A DNA stretch of 64,000 nt from an uncultured Verrucomicrobiota bacterium (GTDB lineage Bacteria; Verrucomicrobiota; Kiritimatiellia; CAIQIC01; Lenti-01), in the NCBI GenBank assembly GCA_964647595.1, contig CAZYGH010000015.1, positions 1 to 64,000 on the forward strand, given 5' to 3'. The notes under the pieces were generated by a model. The model searched no databases. It was not told the origin of the DNA and saw nothing but the letters and a program-made list of their open reading frames with translations. Both the position numbers and the translations under genes were made by a program. This document shows positions 40,054 through 47,725 of this stretch, piece after piece (the stretch's first letter is position 1; the number at the start of each line of letters is the position of its first letter).

Positions 40054-40068
40054 AGCAGAGGGGGCAGA

Positions 40069-41163
40069 GGGGTCAGTCCCGTATTCTAGTAATCTTCGCC
40101 AGACGATCCCTCTGTTTTGCCAGATGAGGCTCCTCCGTTGTTTCAATTCTCTTGGGATATCGGCTCAGGCAGTCGGCTCTCCCCATATTCAAACGACAGG
40201 CAATCCAAGCGTTGGGTATGGAGGTGTGGCGACGAAGCAACCAGGCCAGCAAACATTTCTCGTCAGAGCTTTTTGCACCTGCAACAATCTCTCGTTCATC
40301 GATCTTCAAAACTTGCAGCCCCGCCTGTAAAAGCGCTTCCGCCTTTCGCTCGTCATGAAGATCCACTTCCTCCCCGGAATACGACGCTCGATTTTTCTCC
40401 CCCATCTGCACATCAATCAACTCGCCTAGCCTTTCCCGAAACTCTTCCGGCCCCAAAAACCAACCCCGCCGAATCTTCTTCCATTCCCTATCCGCCTCGC
40501 GGGGATTCTCGGCGTGGAGAATTTCAGCCACACGCTTCTGCATGAGCCGACCATAGGCTTTTCGCCCCGCGGTGTTGTCCGCTAACTGCCGAGCACCCAA
40601 CACACGCTCCAAAACAAGCCATGCCGGACGATTAGAGGAACGTGCGTAGGCCGGATAACTGCTCCACGGATAATCCAACAAATCGCCGATCTTCAGATCA
40701 AACAATCCAGCCCGAGCAGGGTTGAGATGGATATACGAAGCGACGGCTTCCAAATAACCATCATCATCCGTATGAACTGGCAACGCCTTGTATCTCCCTT
40801 GAAACAGATGCCCCCACCGCCGATGACGAGCATTATATCGCTGGGTATAGGTGCCTTGAAGCCACTTCATACCAACCACCAAATTCGGCTCCGGCGTTTC
40901 CAGCAAAACGTGATAATGATTGCCCATGAGAACATAAGAATGAATGCGCCAGCCGCACCGCTCGCAAACCTCATCCAGAGTATCCAGAAAGACCCGACGA
41001 TCCAGATCGTCCGCAAAAATCTCTTGCCCCCCGTTCCCGCGACACATCACGTGATAGACCGCCCCACAATATTCTACTCTTGGTTTTCTTGGCATCGTGT
41101 CCACACCCTCTCATAAGTCTCCATGCCATTCAATCACTATTACTAGAATACGGGACTGACCCC
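40069..41163. mobile_element. Insertion sequence with perfect 25-bp terminal inverted repeats carrying a single HUH (IS200/IS605-like Y1) transposase gene
   Basis: Left inverted repeat GGGGTCAGTCCCGTATTCTAGTAAT (40069-40093); right inverted repeat ATTACTAGAATACGGGACTGACCCC (41139-41163), exact reverse complements. No obvious target-site duplication. Confidence 0.8.
40073..41104 (-). CDS. Transposase, HUH/Y1 (IS200-like/RAYT-like) with extended C-terminal domain
   Basis: 343 aa with HUH motif GNHYHVLLE and catalytic Tyr region YIHLNPARAG; the C-terminal ~150 aa form a DnaA-C-like helical extension. Confidence 0.8.
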   Translation of the reverse strand: MDTMPRKPRVEYCGAVYHVMCRGNGGQEIFADDLDRRVFLDTLDEVCERCGWRIHSYVLMGNHYHVLLETPEPNLVVGMKWLQGTYTQRYNARHRRWGHLFQGRYKALPVHTDDDGYLEAVASYIHLNPARAGLFDLKIGDLLDYPWSSYPAYARSSNRPAWLVLERVLGARQLADNTAGRKAYGRLMQKRVAEILHAENPREADREWKKIRRGWFLGPEEFRERLGELIDVQMGEKNRASYSGEEVDLHDERKAEALLQAGLQVLKIDEREIVAGAKSSDEKCLLAWLLRRHTSIPNAWIACRLNMGRADCLSRYPKRIETTEEPHLAKQRDRLAKITRIRD

Positions 41164-41282
41164 TTTTCGTCGAATCGGATTCCGGCGACGCCATCATCTT
41201 CGGCACCAACCTCGTCTATTCCGGCTACTCCCTGTCCGCCTCAGCAAACACTGGAACTGCCGATATTATCATCGATCCCTAA
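41164..41282 (+). pseudogene. Stranded C-terminal fragment of a disrupted gene (adhesin/autotransporter-like repeat tail)
   Basis: A frame running out of the IS right inverted repeat reads …ESDSGDAIIFGTNLVYSGYSLSASANTGTADIIIDP* with no start codon or upstream body. Confidence 0.35.
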
Positions 41283-41339
41283 TCCGACCCTCACGACAAG
41301 GCCGGGCCAAAAGCCCGGAGATTCTGGACAAGATAAAGA

Positions 41340-41750
41340 AATACTTTCAGCGATAGTTCCCCCCCCCCTCTCTCGCGGCCTTCCCCCCTTACACGTCGCG
41401 CTGTCGCGCCGCTACGCTGGACCCTCGCGGCGCGTGGGCGCCGCTCGGGGATAGCCGCCCCCGCTTCGGCCACGGCCACGCCGCTGACGCGGCTGGGCGC
41501 GGCCTGCGCAGGGGGCGGCTGTCCTCGCCGCTGGCGCGGCTGCGGGTGGAACTCGCTCGCGGTGCGCTCGCTCGCCTCTGCCTCGGGCTTTGCCCTCGGC
41601 ACCCACGCGGGCCTGTGCCCTTCGGGCAAAGCGGCCCGCGTGAAGATCGGCGGGGTTCTTCGCGGCGTTCTGCCGCGCTCTTCCGCCCTGCGGGCTTCGG
41701 GTGGGGGCGCGCGCGTCTTCTATCATTGTCCTGTGGCGCAGCCACATATC
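41340..41750. repeat. GC-rich noncoding repeat A (inverted relative to repeat B at 47240-47700)
   Basis: Shares reverse-complement words with B, for example GCCGCCCCCGCTTCGGCCACGG vs CCGTGGCCGAAGCGGGGGCGGC and CGCGCCGCTACGCTGG vs CAGCGTAGCGGCGCGG. Only Arg/Pro-rich junk ORFs are present. Confidence 0.6.
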
Positions 41751-41756
41751 CAAGGA

Positions 41757-42308
41757 TTATTCCTTAACAATTTCACCATTCCGAAGGAAGTACCCCATCA
41801 AAACACCCCAGTCACGCAGAACGCCGATGAAGGTGACCGAGTCTCCCTTTTTCAGCATTAATGCCTTCTGACCTTCCGAGTCTTTCAAACCCACAGTCAC
41901 ATCTGAAGTCAGGGTTAATTGCTTCATTTTGATACCCATGGAAGTTCCAGAAACCGAGGCAACTTGGCCGGTCCATTTTACCTTTTTTCCTTCGTACTGC
42001 TTCCACTTTTCTTTCTTCTGGATTTCAGTAGCATCCGAACTGGAGGAAAAGAACTTGTCAATCTCGGAAAAAGTTATCGCTGAAATAGGCGCGGCATTGT
42101 CTGCGGCCTGTTGTTTTCCTTGGGACTCCTTGAATGATTTGGACATCCATACGCCAATTCCAATACAGACTAAAATGACGAGAAGCAACTTAGTACCGCA
42201 CCCCGTCTGGCTATTCTTTTTCTTCAGCACGGCACCGCATTTCGGACACGATTCAGCCGACTTGCTAACTTCCGTTCCGCACGACTTACATTCTTTCATT
42301 TTGCTCAT
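41757..42308 (-). CDS. Hypothetical membrane protein: N-terminal zinc ribbon, one TM helix, extracytoplasmic domain (AT-rich, likely horizontally acquired)
   Basis: 183 aa with CKSCGTEV…CPKCGAV, then LLLVILVCIGIGVWM. GC is about 40%, against about 62% for the neighbourhood. Confidence 0.5.
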   Translation of the reverse strand: MSKMKECKSCGTEVSKSAESCPKCGAVLKKKNSQTGCGTKLLLVILVCIGIGVWMSKSFKESQGKQQAADNAAPISAITFSEIDKFFSSSSDATEIQKKEKWKQYEGKKVKWTGQVASVSGTSMGIKMKQLTLTSDVTVGLKDSEGQKALMLKKGDSVTFIGVLRDWGVLMGYFLRNGEIVKE

Positions 42309-42410
42309 TGTTGTACCCTTGGTTATGTGTTTCGTTAATTAAATATTGGCAGTGGCAATCAGCCGATACATTCTCACTGCGAGATTTTTACGGGCGTGGC
42401 TGGTTAGCGC

Positions 42411-43747
42411 TTAGAATTCAAGTGCGGCTTTCTTCTTTGCCTCTTCGGCTGCCTTTTCTTTTTCCTCTGCTACCCGGCTTGCTTCCTGTTGAGCCTGATC
42501 TACCTCGGCCTTGTAGGCAAGATAATGCCTTGTTAAGTTAAGATCGTACACTTCAAGGGATACTTGTCTTGACATTGCCTTTGCGCTTTCAAGTTTTTTA
42601 TCAAAGATATTTTCTGAGTAGGTCTCTTCAAATGTTCTGTTATAGTCATCGTATATCTTTCGAATCAAGTAGAAGCCCGGTATGGATTCATTACTGGTGT
42701 TCTCCACGGCTTTCTTTAACGCATCGTACGACTCAAAATCTGTCTGCCGATAAATTTCCATACAGATGCTTGGGTGGTTAAAGAATACTTTACGATATTC
42801 CTCAATATCCATTTTGGTTACCTGATAAGAATTGGAATTCCCGCTGATAAGCCTGACGAACACCGCGTCATTGGTAAGCACCAAGATATTTCGCGAATAT
42901 GTACATGTGTAGGGGGAAAGCTCAATGCTCTCCTTAACTATCTCATCACGGGCAACAATCTTGAAGCTCGCCTTGAACTTTTCTTTTGCACGCATTCCAA
43001 TATCCTTGACGCTTGTGCCTTCAGGGAAGGTCTGTGCAACACCCAAAAGCGCGCACGAACTCTTTGATTCACCATCACGCGCATCGCCCAAAAAGAAAAA
43101 TGAAAGAGCCTGGTAATTTGGGTCATTTGACACATACAATGACGGCAGTATTGAAACACCATCAATAAGCACCGTGTGCGCAGACATTTCTTCGTCTTCC
43201 TTTTCAATGACGAGCCGCTCGGGATCGGAATCCATATCCACCGTGTCCTCAGACATTTCTTCGTCTTCATTTTCTAAGTCAAGTCGCTCGGGATCGGAAT
43301 CCAGTTTGTAGAGTAAATATGCATAACTCGTCCCTGAATAAAATTCTTCTTTGTGGAGAGGAATGTGCTCAAGGTTTACCGAAAATGACGGATACTGGAT
43401 GGCATCTATAACACTGGCGATCTGTTCTGGAGTTGCGCCGTTCATCATGTAATCACCGATATACATATCAATGCCATCTGGTGACTCTTCTATTCTCTGC
43501 CTTACCGCTTCCCCCGATGAAGAAAGATTATGGGTCTTTCCAGCCTTTTTATCGGCAGATGATTTTTGGGCATCAAGCACCGCTGGAACAATCTGTTGAC
43601 CAATCCCTATAGCAACTCCAAGGGTGTCAGCCTTTCTCCACCCCGCCGACAAGGTAATAAGGCATAGAAACATAACAGTCTTAATGATTGCTGAATGCTT
43701 GAACGGGCTTTGTATCCATAAGGTATCGAAACGATTTTTTGTGCTCA
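42411..43747 (-). CDS. Hypothetical secreted/membrane-anchored protein with an acidic tandem repeat (AT-rich, likely horizontally acquired)
   Basis: Start taken at MSTKNRFD (ORF extends to 43874). Signal/anchor IIKTVMFLCLITLSAGW; tandem repeat DSDPERLDLENEDEEMSEDTV / DSDPERLVIEKEDEEMSAHTV; C-terminal coiled-coil KEKAAEEAKKKAALEF. Confidence 0.5.
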
Positions 43748-44185
43748 TACTTCTCTTTTTCTTTGAGGGTTCAGTTTCCAAAAATAATGGTCTGATTTTC
43801 GCGCCCGCGAAAAAAAAGTGGGCGCAACTTTTTTTCATGCCGCACCCTGGGCCACTACGCCCTGAAACGAACACAAACGAAAGTGCGCCCTATAGGCGCG
43901 TCTCTCGCAGTTCGCTCGTTTCAATGAATGTAGTGGATTCGGGTGCGACGAGTTCTGCAATAACGCAAAATCTAAAATGTCGAAAATCTATTGCTGGTCT
44001 GTTGCGTTCTCCTTGTCGGCAGGAGATGAATTCCTTACCGATGTGCCAAGAGTAGCAAAGAGGGGTCTGCTCGTCCAGCCTTGGGCAAGGGTAGAACTTG
44101 GCCAAAAATAACACTCGCCAAATCGAAGGGATCGCAAGAGACTATCCAGCGATTGGTTCATGCATCCGAAATTAAGGAGAAGCCA

Positions 44186-46438
44186 ATGAAAATAGGCCTG
44201 CAAATATCGAGTGATCCTTCCGCTGTCCAATCACATGGTGGGTGCGCAGGCAAAAGGCTGGGGATTATCTGCGGTCTGATGATCGGCGTTGTCGTGTTTT
44301 CCGGCGCTGCAACCGCGCAGGAAACGGCAGGAGATTCCTCGGCGTTGCTCCAAACCATGGTGGACGCGGGAATGATCACCCAAGAAGAATATGAGCAAGC
44401 CTTGGCGCGTGAAGGGCAGCTTGGTGAGGCTACCGCTCCCGCAATCGCTGATGACATGACATCGACAGCAACGCCTAAACGCGAATACAAAGAATTGACC
44501 TATGACGCGCGTCGGAAAGAAATGCAGGCGCGTTTGCCGGGGCTGGCCGAGCAGTTGGGGGCAGACTATCAGGCCAAGTTGCAGGCGGCAGTGTTGGCGG
44601 CAAGGCAATATGGATTGGAGATGCGGCAGGAATTCACAAACGGCGTTGTGCGCGAACTGGTGGCTTTCGAGAACGGAATGCCCAGATATTTTACCACCCA
44701 CAACCAGAACGCCGCCCGCACGATTTCTGCGGATCGGGTCTGGCCTTCCGGCACCAATGGATTTGCCCTGACGGGCAATCAAACGACGCTTGCCATATGG
44801 GATGCCGGGGCGGTGGATGGCCGTCATATTGAATTTCAGGAAAATGGCGTGACGCGCGTCCAACAGAAAGACGCCGCCCCTTCGGTGCACTACCATTCGA
44901 CCAGCGTTGCCGGGACCATGATTGCCACGGGGTACTACCCTTCCTCCCACGGAATGGCTCCTGTCTCCCGACTCTCCGCATACGATTGGAGCAATAACCT
45001 CGCCGAAGTGACGATTGCGGCGATCAGCAACGAGATTCGGGTCTCCAATCACTCTTATGGTTATGTGCAAGGATGGTCATCGAACTCCAGTTTGGGGGTT
45101 TGGGAGTGGTTGGGAAGCGTCTCCATAAGCACGAACAAGGATTGCGAGTTCGGCCGTTATTCGAGCGTGGCAACCAATATCGACAATGTGGCCTATGGCG
45201 CACCATATCATTTGTGCGTTTTTTCCGCAGGAAATGACCGGGGCGAGGGGCCGATCTCGCAACCCGTCACTCATCGCGTCTGGATACCCGGAAGCGGATG
45301 GGTCTATACCAACATGGTCCACGAGAAAGATGGCGGCTCGGCGGGTTACGACTCGGTGAGCCATTATGCTTGCGCTAAAAACATACTGTCCGTCGGAGCT
45401 ATCTACGACATCACCAATGGCTATCAATCGACGCAAGATGTCGTCATGACTTCATTTAGTTGCTTCGGCCCCACCGATGACGGCCGCATCAAGCCGGATG
45501 TCGTGGCAAACGGGGTCGCTTTGCTGTCTCCCATTTGGGTAAGCCCTCCCACCAATTATTATGACTCCTTGAGCGGCACCAGCCAAGCGGCCCCCGGAGT
45601 TTCTGGCGCAATGGGGTTGTTGCTGGAACTGCAAAACACGATACGCGAGACGAATCACCCTTTGCTGGCCTCTACCCTGAAGGGTCTTGTGATTCATACA
45701 GCGGATGAGGCTGGAAATGTCGGGCCAGATTATCGTTTTGGATGGGGCTTGGCCAACATACTTCACGTGGCGCAGCTGATGACCGAAGATGCAGATTGGA
45801 ATTCGCGACCGCATATCAAGGAAACCCGGTTGGTGAACGGCGACTATATCCAGTTTCAAGTTTTAGGAGGAGCAAACACGCCCCTGAAAATATCGATCAC
45901 ATGGACCGATCCCCCCGGAGCCGCGCACCCCGTTGCGCTCGATCCAACCAATCTTGTTTTGGTGAACGACCTCGACTTGCGTGTGATCGGACCGACAGGC
46001 ACTACAAATTACCCTTGGATATTGGACCCAACCAATCCCTCTGCCGCCGCCCTCACCGGCGACAACTACCGGGACAATGTGGAACAGGTCGCCATATTTC
46101 AGCCTTCCAATGACTGGTACACCGTAAAGATCACCCATAAAGGGACGCTGGCGGGAGGAGTCCAAGATGTGTCTATCATCATCGATGGCAACCAGCCAAC
46201 CAATGCACCCGAGTTGGCCATTGCGGAATATTACCGCACGACGAATGCAACCCATTGGATAGAATGGCCGGGCGTGGTGGGAAGCCTTTATAGAATCGAG
46301 GCGATTGGAGATATGATGGACACCAATGATTGGGGGGCCGTCGCCGACGATATCTATGCCACAAAAGATGATTTCATCTGGGAAGACTCGAACCCGGAAT
46401 CAATCACGAATTTCTATAGGGTAAGAGAAATCCAGTAA
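44186..46438 (+). CDS. Subtilisin-like serine protease (peptidase S8) with C-terminal proprotein-convertase P-domain
   Basis: Catalytic His (HSTSVAGT), oxyanion Asn (FSAGNDRG) and Ser (SGTSQAAPGVSG). P-domain-like jelly roll (NLVLVNDLDLRVIGPTGT). Signal-like CGLMIGVVVFSGAATAQ. The start is taken at MKIGLQ; the ORF extends to 44081. Confidence 0.8.
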   Translation: MKIGLQISSDPSAVQSHGGCAGKRLGIICGLMIGVVVFSGAATAQETAGDSSALLQTMVDAGMITQEEYEQALAREGQLGEATAPAIADDMTSTATPKREYKELTYDARRKEMQARLPGLAEQLGADYQAKLQAAVLAARQYGLEMRQEFTNGVVRELVAFENGMPRYFTTHNQNAARTISADRVWPSGTNGFALTGNQTTLAIWDAGAVDGRHIEFQENGVTRVQQKDAAPSVHYHSTSVAGTMIATGYYPSSHGMAPVSRLSAYDWSNNLAEVTIAAISNEIRVSNHSYGYVQGWSSNSSLGVWEWLGSVSISTNKDCEFGRYSSVATNIDNVAYGAPYHLCVFSAGNDRGEGPISQPVTHRVWIPGSGWVYTNMVHEKDGGSAGYDSVSHYACAKNILSVGAIYDITNGYQSTQDVVMTSFSCFGPTDDGRIKPDVVANGVALLSPIWVSPPTNYYDSLSGTSQAAPGVSGAMGLLLELQNTIRETNHPLLASTLKGLVIHTADEAGNVGPDYRFGWGLANILHVAQLMTEDADWNSRPHIKETRLVNGDYIQFQVLGGANTPLKISITWTDPPGAAHPVALDPTNLVLVNDLDLRVIGPTGTTNYPWILDPTNPSAAALTGDNYRDNVEQVAIFQPSNDWYTVKITHKGTLAGGVQDVSIIIDGNQPTNAPELAIAEYYRTTNATHWIEWPGVVGSLYRIEAIGDMMDTNDWGAVADDIYATKDDFIWEDSNPESITNFYRVREIQ

Positions 46439-46451
46439 GGGGAGCCGCGCC

Positions 46452-47042
46452 GTGCGCAACTTCTTTGCCATGTCAATCGCATGCGTCGTGCTGGCTTTCG
46501 GCCCCGGCGCAAGCGCGTTCCCGAGCATCGTATGGTCGGGAATACAGGACATCGACACCGGCTATTTGCCAATGGATTTGAATCAGGATTCCATCGTGGA
46601 TTTCCTGTACACATTCACTTTGATGGCGGAATTTTCCGTGACTTCCCAAGGCGCAAACAGGACCGGCGGTCCGTTGTCCGCAGGAACCGTGATCGATCAA
46701 TCGCTTTCGGATTATTGGCAAAGCGGTTCGCAGACAATGGCGCAATGGATAAGGCTGCTTGACGACAATACGGTGAGTTTCGGGCCATGGGCCGGAGTGG
46801 ACAACGGCTATATGGGTTTGGAATTCGAGGCCGCTGGGCAAACATACTATGGATGGGCGCGAATCACGGCGGATTATGACGACATTTATGTGGTCATCCA
46901 TGAATGGGCATACGAATCAACCCCAGGTCTCGGCATTGCCGCTGGGGCAACCGGGGTGATACCTGAACCAGCAACGGCCACGCTGATTTGCATTGGGGGA
47001 CTGGGCCTTGCCCTTTGGAAGAGGCGCAGGGTAATAATGTAA
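46452..47042 (+). CDS. PEP-CTERM sorting-domain protein
   Basis: Signal peptide plus C-terminal VIPEPATATLICIGGLGLALWKRRR (PEP motif, TM helix, Arg cluster). Confidence 0.8.
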   Translation: MRNFFAMSIACVVLAFGPGASAFPSIVWSGIQDIDTGYLPMDLNQDSIVDFLYTFTLMAEFSVTSQGANRTGGPLSAGTVIDQSLSDYWQSGSQTMAQWIRLLDDNTVSFGPWAGVDNGYMGLEFEAAGQTYYGWARITADYDDIYVVIHEWAYESTPGLGIAAGATGVIPEPATATLICIGGLGLALWKRRRVIM

Positions 47043-47078
47043 GCATGTCTTATAAATTCGGATCATGTCGCGGCGCAG

Positions 47079-47151
47079 GTTTCCACAGTATGGAAAACTT
47101 TTTCGCGATTTTTCCACACAATGGAAAGAATGTTTCCACAGTGTGGAAAAC
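47079..47151. repeat. Copy 3 of the 75-bp triple-palindrome element
   Basis: GTTTCCACAGTATGGAAAAC…TTTCCACACAATGGAAAGAATGTTTCCACAGTGTGGAAAAC followed by a T-rich run. Confidence 0.8.
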
Positions 47152-47239
47152 TTGGTTTTCAGGCTGTTCTCCGGGGTTTTCTCGCGCGTTCAGGCGAAAC
47201 GGGGGCGTTGCGTGCGCAGCGAGGATCTACTCAGGGGGC

Positions 47240-47700
47240 TGTTAAAACTTCCTAGAGGATTGAGAGACCATGCCGCGGAGCGCCGTCAGGCGCGACCCCA
47301 GTCCCGACGCGCCCCGCGCGGTCGGGACGGTGCCGGGCGCGGTCCAGAGTCCGCGCCTGGCAGGTAGGCCGCCGTGAAGCAAGTGGCCCCGAGTTTCACG
47401 CGTAGCGGGACACTCGGGGCGAGTTGCAGGCGGCCTTGCAGCGCCTTTAAAGGCGCGGACGGACAAGCGGCGTTGGAAATCCGCCGTCCTCGGCGGATTT
47501 GAACGACACGCGTAAGCGAAGGCGTAGCCTGAGCGCGGATCGGAGGCGGGGTTGGGCTCGCGGCGAGCTGCCGCGTACCGCATCTCCGTGCGCGCCCCAC
47601 CCGGAGCCCAGCCGTGGCCGAAGCGGGGGCGGCCAGCCACGAGCGGAGCGAGGGTCAGCGTAGCGGCGCGGCAGGAATCTAAAATGGTCGGCTCTTTTCA
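47240..47700. repeat. GC-rich noncoding repeat B (inverted partner of repeat A)
   Basis: 460 bp at roughly 75% GC without a credible ORF; shares an ~80-bp core with the reverse complement of 41400-41480. Confidence 0.6.
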
Positions 47701-47725
47701 TGGACCGCCCCGGTTCAACCTTCGG

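Noticed and set aside
41340-41750. Possibility that the GC-rich repeats are a CRISPR array or leader
   Set aside because: No regularly spaced direct repeats of 24-48 bp with unique spacers. The structure is irregular hairpins, and no cas genes are present.
41291-41753. Three overlapping 112-118-aa minus-strand ORFs in GC-rich repeat A
   Set aside because: Arg/Pro/Ala-rich translations from a 75%-GC hairpin-dense repeat. The same words occur as reverse complement in repeat B, so it is a noncoding repeat rather than genes.
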